Assembly: GCA_043821645.1 (NCBI GenBank)
Contig: JBDRCO010000049.1
Location: forward strand, 12,751 to 76,750
Source of the DNA: Pseudomonadota bacterium
GTDB taxonomy: Bacteria; Myxococcota; JACRCW01; JAFGSX01
Direction: 5' to 3'
Length of the DNA: 64,000 nt
Under the pieces are notes generated by a model. It did no database searches and was not told the origin of the DNA. It saw only the letters and a program-made list of their open reading frames with translations. Positions 35,874 to 46,863 of the stretch are shown here, one piece after another (the stretch's first letter is position 1; every line of letters starts with the position of its first letter). Position numbers and translations under genes: made by a program.

Positions 35874-37531
35874 GCACGGGTGATGCCTCGCGGGAGGGCG
35901 CTGGCGCGGGTGCCCTGATCATCGAGCGAGAGGGCAAGCCCGAGCTCCGGGTCGCCCTTACAGGTCACGGCATACGTCTCGGTTCACACCCACGCAACGA
36001 TGTGTCGCTGCCGGGTTCAGGCCTGCCCGATTTTTTTGCCGAGATCGTCGCGGCACCCCAGGGTGGCCACGCGGTTCTGGCTTCCCGGGGCCAGCAGCTC
36101 GAGATCAACGACAAGAAGGCCTCACGCCACACGCTGCACGAAGGGGATCGCATTGCTCTGGGACGCTTTCGTGGGCGCTACTGTGCGCCCCAGGCGCACA
36201 GTGGATCGGTGGCGCTGGGTTCCACCGGGCAGATCACCTTGAACCGCGATGCCTCGACCCTGAGCGTGGCCGAAGGCATGATCCTCGTCGACGAGGGGGA
36301 GACCACCCGACGCATCGGAGTGGGTGTCGGGGGCGTGCGCATTGGCAAGGCCGCTGACAATGACCTCGTGATCGGTGACAGCTCGGTGTCGGGGTACCAC
36401 GCCGTGGTCTTCGCCCGCGGGGACCGCTACTTCATCCAGGATCTCGAGTCCACCAACGGCACCGTCGTCGGCAACCTCAAGGTGGTGGAGTCGGAACTGC
36501 CGTTCGGGGTCGAGTTCAGGCTCGGTCGAGTCCGCCTGCACTTCGACAAGCACATCACCGAGGCTGCGCTGCTGCCGTCGGAACGAACCGAATTCGAAGG
36601 CATTTTGTCGGGCGATCCGAACATGCGCAGGGTGTTCAGCCTGATCGAGCGCATCGCGGGCCATGACGCGACGGTCTGCATCAACGGCGAATCCGGGACT
36701 GGTAAGGAGCTGGTGGCGCAGGCCCTACATCGCCTGTCGCCTCGATGTCGGGGCCCCATGGTGGCACTCAACGTCAGTGCATTGCCGCGGGACCTGATCG
36801 AGAGCGAGCTGTTCGGGCACGAAAAGGGTGCCTTCAGCGGCGCCGATCGAGCCCGGCCTGGTGCCTTCGAGCAGGCGCAAAAGGGCACGCTGTTCCTGGA
36901 CGAGATCGGCGAGCTGCCGCTGGAGGTCCAGCCCAAGCTGCTGCGGGTGCTGGAGACGCGCCAGGCGCGCCGCGTCGGCGGACGCGAGTCCATGGACCTC
37001 GACGTACGCATCCTGTGCGCCACCCACCGCAATCTCGCCGCCATGGTGCGCCAGGGGACCTTCCGCGAGGACCTCCTGCATCGGGTGTTCGTGCTGCCCA
37101 TTCAGCTCCCACCCCTGCGGGATCGTCGTGGTGACGTCGAGCTTCTGGCACGCCACTTCCTGCGTACGCTGGATCCCGCGGGCGCCCACCAGCTCAGTGA
37201 AGATGCCCTCCAGCTCCTCAGGAGCTACAGCTGGCCCGGCAACGTGCGCGAACTTCGCAATGTGCTTCTTCGCGCCGTCATGCTCAGCGAAAAGCCGGTT
37301 CTGGACGAGGACAGCATCGTGTTCGTGGGGGACAGCCTCGAGGGTCGGCTCGCCGAGGGTCAGGCCTACATGCCTCTGTTGCGACTCCAGGACCTCGAAC
37401 GCATGGCCATCCAGCAGGCCCTTGAACGGAGCGCAGGAAAGCGCTCGGCCGCCGCCGAGCTCCTGGGTATCAACCGATCCACGCTGCTGCGCAAGCTCAA
37501 GGAGCTCAAGCTCGAAGAGCCCACAGGCTAG
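35870..37531 (+). CDS. FHA-domain sigma54-dependent transcriptional activator
   Basis: ATGA overlap; two FHA-like domains (VSGYHA, DLESTNGT); GESGTGKE, GAFSGA, LFLDEI, WPGNVREL, Fis HTH. Confidence 0.93.
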   Translation: MSTGDASREGAGAGALIIEREGKPELRVALTGHGIRLGSHPRNDVSLPGSGLPDFFAEIVAAPQGGHAVLASRGQQLEINDKKASRHTLHEGDRIALGRFRGRYCAPQAHSGSVALGSTGQITLNRDASTLSVAEGMILVDEGETTRRIGVGVGGVRIGKAADNDLVIGDSSVSGYHAVVFARGDRYFIQDLESTNGTVVGNLKVVESELPFGVEFRLGRVRLHFDKHITEAALLPSERTEFEGILSGDPNMRRVFSLIERIAGHDATVCINGESGTGKELVAQALHRLSPRCRGPMVALNVSALPRDLIESELFGHEKGAFSGADRARPGAFEQAQKGTLFLDEIGELPLEVQPKLLRVLETRQARRVGGRESMDLDVRILCATHRNLAAMVRQGTFREDLLHRVFVLPIQLPPLRDRRGDVELLARHFLRTLDPAGAHQLSEDALQLLRSYSWPGNVRELRNVLLRAVMLSEKPVLDEDSIVFVGDSLEGRLAEGQAYMPLLRLQDLERMAIQQALERSAGKRSAAAELLGINRSTLLRKLKELKLEEPTG

Positions 37532-37638
37532 ACCGAGAATTCCAGCCACGGAGTTCGTGCTGTGGGGCACAGGGGCCGGGGCTTGGCTGTGCCGCGCGCT
37601 GTGTGCCGCGATCGGGTGATGGCCGCCGGGGCCCGCGT

Positions 37639-39591
37639 TCAGCGCAGGTCCTGCATGTGCTGTTCGATCTCGCTCAGGTGGTTCCGCAACGTGGCGTTGT
37701 CTGGCTCGTGTCCGATGGCGAAGGTCATGTTGAGGTGTGCGGCGTCGACGTCACCCCGCGCCAGGGCGGCGAAGGCCAGGCGCATGTACTTGCGTCCCAC
37801 AGGTGTGATGGCTTCGACCTCACGCTCACCCTGGTCGGTCTGCACCTCCCCCAGGGGGTAGCGCGGCACAGGCCCGCCGGCACGCTGGGCCAGCAGGGCG
37901 TCATAGCCACCGCGGCGCTCACGGTTCGACAGCACCGTGTAGGCCTCGCAGATGCGCATGAACAGAGCGTCCACACGCTCCTTGATGAAACCCGGGCCAA
38001 GCGGGAAGAAGCGGTCAGGGTGGTACTCCAGTGCCAGACCGTGAAAGGCTCTCTGCACGGTCTCGACGTCGGCGTCGGCGGTCACACCGAGCAGCTGGTA
38101 GTAATCGATGCTGTCCAGCAGCCTGTACAGGGCGAGGATTCGCCGGGTCAGGCGACCACCGAGCTGGCTCTCACTGATAGCCTGGCGGATGGTGTGGGAG
38201 TCGCGCTCCTCCGGTGCCAGCGGAAAGATCCCCGAGACCTCACCGCCGGATGTTCCCTCGGAGGCGGGCGAGGCAAACACGTCGCCGTCAGCGGCCGTCT
38301 GCGCCGCCACGGCCTCGTCGATGTCGACCTCGGGTCGCTGTTCGACCGGGGTGGGCTCCTCGGCCACGATCAGGTCCTCGCTCGCCATGGCCCGCACTGC
38401 CGCGTCGACCTCGCCCACCGGTGTGGGCTCTTCCTGGACAGGCTCCTGTGTCGCGGAAATCTCGGGACCCGGTTCCTCGAGCGCGGGTTGCATGCCCACC
38501 GGTGTCGGTTCTTCGATCGTGGCCCCGCTCGCGGCAAGGATGGAGGCGACCGGTGTGTCGGCTGCGGGTGTGGTGTCGTCGGCCGGAGACAGGACCCCGT
38601 CGGGAATTCCCGGGCTGGCAGCGTGCGGATCGTCGGCAGGCACCTGGACCGGTTGAGGAACCTGTTCCGCGGAAGGCGTCTGGCCCTCCGGGATCGGCTC
38701 CTCGATCAGGCGGCTCCCGGTAGCAGGAATCTCCGGTCCGGTCTCCCGGGTGACATCGGGGTCGGCGATGGGAGGCTTACCCATCAAGGCCTGTGCCGCA
38801 GCGGCGAGGAGATCCGCGTCGGCCCCGCTTGGACCGTCGCTTGGCCCCGAGAAGGGCGGGTGGTCCTCGTCCTCGGTTGCAGCAGTGGCTGTGGTCCCGA
38901 GGGGAAGCGCCTCAGGAAGCTCCTGTGAGGGCTTCCCGGTCGCCACGTCACCGGGCGGCGTTTCCTTTCTCGTGGCGTCGGGAGAGGGGCGTTTCTGCAT
39001 CGAGGGAGTCAGCTCGATGATGCCGGCGGTGGCCGGATCCTCTGTGCCCGAGGAGGGCGCGCGCAGTTGCAGGGTCACGGCATCGGTGGGGGCTTGCTCC
39101 TCGTGGCCCGCGAAGACCCCATCGGCGTCGACCACCACGGGCTCGGCCCGGGGTGGTGGTGTGTCGCCGGTCAGGCCGTCGGCCTCGGCGTCCTCATCGT
39201 CGAGCTCACCGAGGAAGGCATGCTCCCCATCAAGGATGGCGTGCAGGGTCGCCTCGTCGGGCGGTGTGGCCAGGACCCCGTCAATGCCCTGGTTCGACGC
39301 ACGCGCCTGCAGGTCCTTGTCGTCTGCATGGGCCGACAGCAGGTACACGCCGACGCCACGGCCGAGCCGGTGTTCGCGGATGAGCTGGCACAGGATCGAT
39401 CCACTGATGCGCGAGGTGCCCTCGCAGACGAAGCAGATGTCGGGTCGCCCCTCGAGGAAACGATCGAAACCATCCGCACCGTCGAAGGCGAAGAAGGTCG
39501 CATGCGAGGTTCTTGCCAGGCTCTGATTGAAGTGCGACCGCAGCTCCTCGTGGTCGAGGACGAACAGCAGCACCTTGCGCGCCGTGCTCAT
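37639..39591 (-). CDS. pseudo-receiver / acidic linker / J-domain protein
   Basis: N-terminal REC fold without phospho-Asp; DYYQLLGV...YHPDR J domain; C-terminal TPR-like helices. Confidence 0.85.
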   Translation of the reverse strand: MSTARKVLLFVLDHEELRSHFNQSLARTSHATFFAFDGADGFDRFLEGRPDICFVCEGTSRISGSILCQLIREHRLGRGVGVYLLSAHADDKDLQARASNQGIDGVLATPPDEATLHAILDGEHAFLGELDDEDAEADGLTGDTPPPRAEPVVVDADGVFAGHEEQAPTDAVTLQLRAPSSGTEDPATAGIIELTPSMQKRPSPDATRKETPPGDVATGKPSQELPEALPLGTTATAATEDEDHPPFSGPSDGPSGADADLLAAAAQALMGKPPIADPDVTRETGPEIPATGSRLIEEPIPEGQTPSAEQVPQPVQVPADDPHAASPGIPDGVLSPADDTTPAADTPVASILAASGATIEEPTPVGMQPALEEPGPEISATQEPVQEEPTPVGEVDAAVRAMASEDLIVAEEPTPVEQRPEVDIDEAVAAQTAADGDVFASPASEGTSGGEVSGIFPLAPEERDSHTIRQAISESQLGGRLTRRILALYRLLDSIDYYQLLGVTADADVETVQRAFHGLALEYHPDRFFPLGPGFIKERVDALFMRICEAYTVLSNRERRGGYDALLAQRAGGPVPRYPLGEVQTDQGEREVEAITPVGRKYMRLAFAALARGDVDAAHLNMTFAIGHEPDNATLRNHLSEIEQHMQDLR

Positions 39592-41237
39592 GACTGCCTC
39601 GTCCCTTCCTGGCGTCGGCGCACCGCGGATTGCTGGGCGGTGCGCAGGGTATCCTCGCTCAGGTCCCGGGCCTCGCGGACCGCGGCCAGGGCCTGTTCAG
39701 CCACCGAGAGCGAGATGCGCACGTCGCTGGCCGTGCGATGGCCCGTGACCAGGTCGCGCGCCGACACGTGCAAGATCCCGTCGCGATCGAGCTCGAAGCC
39801 GACATTGATGCGCACGGCACCTCGCTGCCCGGGTCGCAATCCATCCAGGACGAACTCACCCAGCCGGCCGTGCGAAGCGTGCACGCCGCGGGGCGTCTGC
39901 GAGATCAGGATGCGCACCTGGGTCTGGTTGTCCTGCGAGGTCGTGAACACCCGGTGGGCGACCAGGGGCAGGTGGGCGCCGGCGGGGATGATCACCTCGG
40001 AGTAGCCCCCACTGGTCGCGATGACGACGTCGGCCGAGGCCACGTCCAGACCCAGTAGCCGGATGTCCTCGACGGCCATGGCGGGGTTGGAGACCAGGGC
40101 TTCGCCGTACATCGCGGCGCCCACCGCAGGCGCCTCGGGGGCGGCCATCTCCACCGGCGTGTCCCGGCCCGCAAAGGCACTCAGATCTTGACGCACGTTG
40201 CTCAACCGGCAGCCCCCACCCACCAGGAGCAGGCCCTGGATGGCCGCCGGCTGCAGATCCGCCCGCGCCAGGGCCTCGTCGGCAGCAGCGAGCACAGCCT
40301 CGAAGAAGGGCTGGGCCAGCCTGTCCATGTTGCCGCGATCCAGGTAGCTGTCGAAGTCGATGCTCTCACCGGCCATGGCGACGAATTCGCGCAGGCGAAT
40401 GCGCACCTGCTCGTGGTCCGCGAGGCTGCGCTTGGCGTGCTCGGTGGCGAAGATCAGGCGGGTGCGCGCTGTCAGGTTGGCCGAGAGTTCATAGCCGACC
40501 GTGTGCTTGAATTCCTCGATCAGGCTCTCACACAGAGCGGTATCGACGTCGAGGGCGCCGATGCTGGCGTCGCAAGCCAGGCTCAGGCACTCGATCAGCT
40601 TGCCGCGCCTGTCGACGACGGCTGCACCGATCTGGCTCCCGCCGGCGTCCACCACCAGCCAGCGCATGTCCTGTCCACCGTCGGCGGTCTGGGCCACGGT
40701 GGCGGCCAGCGGCGAGGACAGGATCCGCATGGTCTCCAGCCCGGCGAGCCGGGCCGCCAGGACCATGGACTGGCGGTGCGCGTCGCCAAAACACGCGGGG
40801 ACCGTCAGCACCGTCTTGGTCACAGGCTCCCCGAGATCCTGCTCGGCCAGGGTGCGCAGATGCTGGATCAGCTGGGCCACGATCTCTGGCACCGCGTAGG
40901 CCGTGCCCGCCAGATGCAGCGTGGCGTGCCCGGCAGGTCCCGGCACGACGGGGCAGGGCGTGTGGGCCAGGGTGCGGCGGACCGCGATGTCGCCCGGGAA
41001 GCGACCCAGCAGGCGCATGGGTGTGATGACGGTACTGGGGGGATCCAGCACTGCGCGGCGGCGGGCCGTCTCCGCCACGAAGACCGCACCCTTGTGATCC
41101 AGCGACACCATGCCGGGCAGTCGCGCGCCCGCGCTGCGTGACGGGTACAGCCGCGGCTCGCCATCGACGATGACGGCGGCCGTGGCACCCCATGCCCCGA
41201 CGTCCAGACCCAGGACTTTTTCCATCTCAGCCTTCAC
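39588..41237 (-). CDS. divergent Hsp70 (DnaK-like) protein
   Basis: VLTVPACF, LLVGG, FTTSQDNQ, FELDRDGILHVSARD; catalytic residues altered, lid truncated. Confidence 0.9.
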   Translation of the reverse strand: MKAEMEKVLGLDVGAWGATAAVIVDGEPRLYPSRSAGARLPGMVSLDHKGAVFVAETARRRAVLDPPSTVITPMRLLGRFPGDIAVRRTLAHTPCPVVPGPAGHATLHLAGTAYAVPEIVAQLIQHLRTLAEQDLGEPVTKTVLTVPACFGDAHRQSMVLAARLAGLETMRILSSPLAATVAQTADGGQDMRWLVVDAGGSQIGAAVVDRRGKLIECLSLACDASIGALDVDTALCESLIEEFKHTVGYELSANLTARTRLIFATEHAKRSLADHEQVRIRLREFVAMAGESIDFDSYLDRGNMDRLAQPFFEAVLAAADEALARADLQPAAIQGLLLVGGGCRLSNVRQDLSAFAGRDTPVEMAAPEAPAVGAAMYGEALVSNPAMAVEDIRLLGLDVASADVVIATSGGYSEVIIPAGAHLPLVAHRVFTTSQDNQTQVRILISQTPRGVHASHGRLGEFVLDGLRPGQRGAVRINVGFELDRDGILHVSARDLVTGHRTASDVRISLSVAEQALAAVREARDLSEDTLRTAQQSAVRRRQEGTRQS

Positions 41238-41405
41238 ACCTCACGGGCGCAGCACGCGCTCCGAGTCGAGACGCCGCAGCGGTCTGGACGCGGCGTCGGA
41301 GCCAGGAAGAAGAGGGGCCCAGGGTCCGCTTTCACCTTGTCCAGGAGGCACGGCGCTCCAGGCTGTTCTTCCCACGGCGGCGGCGCAGGATCCACTGCGG
41401 TGTCG

Positions 41406-41849
41406 CTACTGAACGTTCACCGTCACGGCCACCTGCTCCGTCATGCGCTGGCACCACTTGTCGGTGCAGATGAAGAAGGTGGCATTGGCCTCGATGGCCT
41501 GCTCACCAACACTCTTGGCCGCGAAGCCCACGCTCATCTCCATGCGCTTGCCGTCGTCCACGGTGACGTCGCTGCGCCCGAGCTTGGCCTTGTCGAGCAC
41601 GATGCCGGCAGGCGCCCGCAGGGTCACAGACAGCGGGGCCTGCTTGTGCACCTTGCGATCCTTGCCCGGCACGATCGCGAGCACGAAATTGCCGCGCTCA
41701 CCGACCTTGATCTGCTTGGTGCTGGCCGAGGTCTCGATGTTGTAATCGACACCGCGACCCTTGGGCTCTTCCTCGGCGCGAAGCGGGAGCCACAGGGCCA
41801 GCAGGCCCAGGGACAGAAGAAGTGTGAAGGGACTCTTTCTTATTTTCAT
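41406..41849 (-). CDS. secreted protein, nDsbD-like Ig fold with CX4C
   Basis: Signal peptide, beta-rich, FFICTDKWC near the C-terminus. Confidence 0.65.
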   Translation of the reverse strand: MKIRKSPFTLLLSLGLLALWLPLRAEEEPKGRGVDYNIETSASTKQIKVGERGNFVLAIVPGKDRKVHKQAPLSVTLRAPAGIVLDKAKLGRSDVTVDDGKRMEMSVGFAAKSVGEQAIEANATFFICTDKWCQRMTEQVAVTVNVQ

Positions 41850-42052
41850 GGCTGCCTCTTTGATCGGACGGGCACGAGCCCCGCTTCATGATGATGGACG
41901 TGCACGCTCCAGGAAAATGCATGCCGTCAGTCCGACGACGCGGCAGTCTAGCCCTGATCCCGGGTGTGCGGCAAGCCGGCGCGTCATCGCCGGGGGGCAT
42001 AGTCAGGGCCGCCGTGGCGCGCCAGAGGCCGATCTGACGCGATGAAAAGGCT

Positions 42053-42081
42053 TTGACAGCCCCATACCCCGGGGCTAGTCT
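42053..42081 (+). promoter_or_regulatory. sigma70 promoter of rpsA
   Basis: TTGACA-17 bp-TAGTCT. Confidence 0.75.
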
Positions 42082-42207
42082 CCGCCCGCTTCTACCGGAT
42101 CCCGCCCGTGGCGGGGTTTTTTCCCAACACCTGCGGGGATTTGTGGCCGCCCCGCGCCGAGCCAGCCAGCCCGGTCTACCCGACCACCACTGTAACCGGA
42201 GCGCTTC

Positions 42208-43944
<1,737 letters not shown>

Positions 43945-44085
43945 ACCCGGTCCCCGCCCACGAACATCCCTCTCCCTGACCTTCTGACCATCTCGCGGCG
44001 CGTTTTCACCCCCGGGGGTGAAGCGCAGCCATCGACGTCTCTCCAAGTCAAGCCCCGCACACCACCGGTCCCGTCGTGGCCGTGC

Positions 44086-44114
44086 TTGCACCTGCGGCGG
44101 GCATTTGCTACGCA
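44086..44114 (+). promoter_or_regulatory. candidate internal promoter for ihfB
   Basis: TTGCAC-17 bp-TACGCA with TG extension. Confidence 0.4.
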
Positions 44115-44160
44115 CGAGCTTCACACACCCCGCAGCATGCATGCTCCGTTGGAGGTTTCG

Positions 44161-44460
<300 letters not shown>

Positions 44461-44536
44461 ACTCCGGGGCGCGCCAAGGCGGGAACATGTGGAGCTCCTC
44501 ACGACCCGGTACACGGGGCGGCGCGATGAGGGACCG

Positions 44537-44887
44537 ATGAAGCGCTCGCGTCTGCTGCTGTGGGGCGGCCTGCTGGCCGTCACGACCCTCATCCTCGTCG
44601 GTGTGCTGGGCCCCAATCGCGAGGTGCAGCGCCTGGAGCTGTTCTGGACCTGGAGCTGGCAGCTTCCGCTGTGGGCGGTGCTCGGTGTCGGCGTGGCCCT
44701 CGGCTCGGCTCTGGGCGGCGCGGTGATCGGCGTGCTCTGGATCGCCGAGCTGCGGCGACGGGTGCGCAGCGAGCAGCGCGCCAATGGGGTGCAGATCGAG
44801 GTCAACCAGCTCCGGCGATTGCTCGCCCGTCCAGCCTTGCCTCCCACGCCTGTGCCGCGCGCGAACGACGTGGATGGAGAACGCTAG
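44537..44887 (+). CDS. LapA family membrane protein
   Basis: Two TM helices, N..V.L.LF....LPL pattern, coiled tail; rpsA-ihfB-lapA-lapB synteny. Confidence 0.7.
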   Translation: MKRSRLLLWGGLLAVTTLILVGVLGPNREVQRLELFWTWSWQLPLWAVLGVGVALGSALGGAVIGVLWIAELRRRVRSEQRANGVQIEVNQLRRLLARPALPPTPVPRANDVDGER

Positions 44888-46078
44888 GTGGACGCGCTGT
44901 TTGAATCACCGTGGGCCTGGGTTGTCAGCGGCGCGCTGGTGGTGGCCCTGGTCTACGGTGCCCTGCTGCTGTGGCAGCGCTACACGCTCCCGCTGACTGC
45001 TCCGGCGCTCCGGGACCCCTTCGTGGACGGCCTGGTGGCCCTGGCCGAGGGCGACCTGGGCGCGGCCGGGGGCAGCCTGGAGCGGGCCATCGAGCTCACA
45101 CCCGAGGCCCCCTGGTCCTACCTGGCCCTGGGGGTCCTGCTGTGCCGCCAGGGCGACCGCCCTCGCGCTGCACGCCTGCTCCAGGGCGTACTCGCACGAA
45201 CCGATCTTCCCGGTCCCCTCGCGGCGGCAGCCCATGAATCCCTGGTGGAGGTGCTGGCCAGCGACGGGCGGCTGGCCGAAGCCCAGGCCTGGGCGCGCAG
45301 CCTGCACCAACCTGCGGGGATGGATGCGGTGCAGCTCGAGCGCCGGGCGAGGGTCGCGCTGGCTGCCCGGGCCCATGGCATGGCCCACCAGCTGGCGACC
45401 CAGCTCGAACGTCTGGATCGGGATCGGGGACGCCTCCTGGCTGCCCTCGAACTGGCTGCCCGGGCAGAGGACCTGGCCGACGACGGCAAGCCTGCCGAGG
45501 CACTCAAGCTGCTCAAAAAAGCCCGCGCACGTGACGACAGCATCGCCGCGGTGTGGGCTCTGGAAGGCCAGCTCCGGCTGGACCAGGGCGACCTGGAGCG
45601 TGCGCGGCATGCCCTTGCAGAGGCCGTGGTCCGGGAGCGAGCCCTCGCCCTGACGGTCCTACCCCTGCTCGAGGATGCCCACTTCGAGCGGGGCAAGGTT
45701 GCTGACTACGAGGCCCTGCTTCATGAACTCCTCGAGCGCGGACCCCGGGATCCCCTGATCTTGTGGGCCCTGGGCGAGCACCACGCGCGCCGGAATCACC
45801 TCGACGAGGCCGGGCGTGTCCTCGACGAGGCTCTGGCCCTGGCACCGGATTTCGAGCTGGCGCGCCAGGCCCTGCAGCAGGTGCACGCCCGGCAACACGG
45901 CCAGGAGCCTGTCACCGTGCAGGGCATCGTGGTGCGCACGCGCTGTGCCCACTGCGGCACGGCCGATGTCCGGGGCATCGTGCGCTGCCCGGCCTGCGGC
46001 TTCGTTGGCGAGATCCTCTTTGCCAGCGCCCTGCCTGCCCTGCCCTCGGGGCCTGCACTGCGCGCGCCGGTGCTGTGA
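44888..46078 (+). CDS. LapB-like TPR protein with C-terminal rubredoxin zinc ribbon
   Basis: N-terminal TM, TPR helices, CAHCG...CPACG. Confidence 0.8.
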   Translation: MDALFESPWAWVVSGALVVALVYGALLLWQRYTLPLTAPALRDPFVDGLVALAEGDLGAAGGSLERAIELTPEAPWSYLALGVLLCRQGDRPRAARLLQGVLARTDLPGPLAAAAHESLVEVLASDGRLAEAQAWARSLHQPAGMDAVQLERRARVALAARAHGMAHQLATQLERLDRDRGRLLAALELAARAEDLADDGKPAEALKLLKKARARDDSIAAVWALEGQLRLDQGDLERARHALAEAVVRERALALTVLPLLEDAHFERGKVADYEALLHELLERGPRDPLILWALGEHHARRNHLDEAGRVLDEALALAPDFELARQALQQVHARQHGQEPVTVQGIVVRTRCAHCGTADVRGIVRCPACGFVGEILFASALPALPSGPALRAPVL

Positions 46079-46080
46079 CC

Positions 46081-46863
46081 ATGCATCCTCCTGAGCCACC
46101 TCGCACCGCCGCCATCCTGGTCATCGGTGACGAGGTGCTCAGTGGCAAGACGCACGACTGCAACAGCCACTGGCTGGCCGGCGAGCTGTATGCCCTGGGC
46201 GTGGCTCTCGAACGGGTGGTGGTGATCCCGGACCTGGTCGCGGAGATCGGACGCAGCGTGGCCGCCCTCAGTGAGGCCCACGATGTGGTCTTCACCTCCG
46301 GCGGTGTGGGGCCGACCCACGACGACCTGACCTATGCCGGGATCGCCCGCGGTTTCTCGCGAGCACTGGTACGCAACGAGGCACTGGTCGAGCGCATGCG
46401 TGTGCACTACCGCGACACGCTCAACGAGGCGCGTCTCCGCATGGCCGACATTCCGGAGCCTGACGAACTGTGCTTCGAGAATGGCATGGTCACCCCGGTG
46501 GTGCGGGTGCACAACGTCTACATCCTGCCCGGTGTGCCCGTGCTTTTCAGGCAGCTCTTCGGCGGTCTGCGCGAGCGCTTCCGGCGGCAGGCCATGTACC
46601 TGGGGCAACTGTTCACGAAGCAGCCCGAGGGCGACATTGCCGACCTCATGACGTGCGTGGTCGAGGCACATCCCGCGGTGCGCGTGGGCTCCTACCCGCA
46701 TCTCGGTGACGAGGCCTTCAGGGTCAAGATCACCGTCGAGAGCACCGACGAGAGCGCGGCGCGCGCGGCCCTCGAGTCCATCGCCGCCGGGCTCGATCCC
46801 CTGGCGCTGGTCGAGCGTCGCGAGGTCCAGCGCGTCCTGGCGCCGGGCAGCGCAGACTGCTGA
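46081..46863 (+). CDS. CinA-N / molybdopterin-binding domain protein
   Basis: IGDEVLSGKT.D.N, SGGVGPTHDDLT, LPGVP, GSYP. Confidence 0.9.
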   Translation: MHPPEPPRTAAILVIGDEVLSGKTHDCNSHWLAGELYALGVALERVVVIPDLVAEIGRSVAALSEAHDVVFTSGGVGPTHDDLTYAGIARGFSRALVRNEALVERMRVHYRDTLNEARLRMADIPEPDELCFENGMVTPVVRVHNVYILPGVPVLFRQLFGGLRERFRRQAMYLGQLFTKQPEGDIADLMTCVVEAHPAVRVGSYPHLGDEAFRVKITVESTDESAARAALESIAAGLDPLALVERREVQRVLAPGSADC

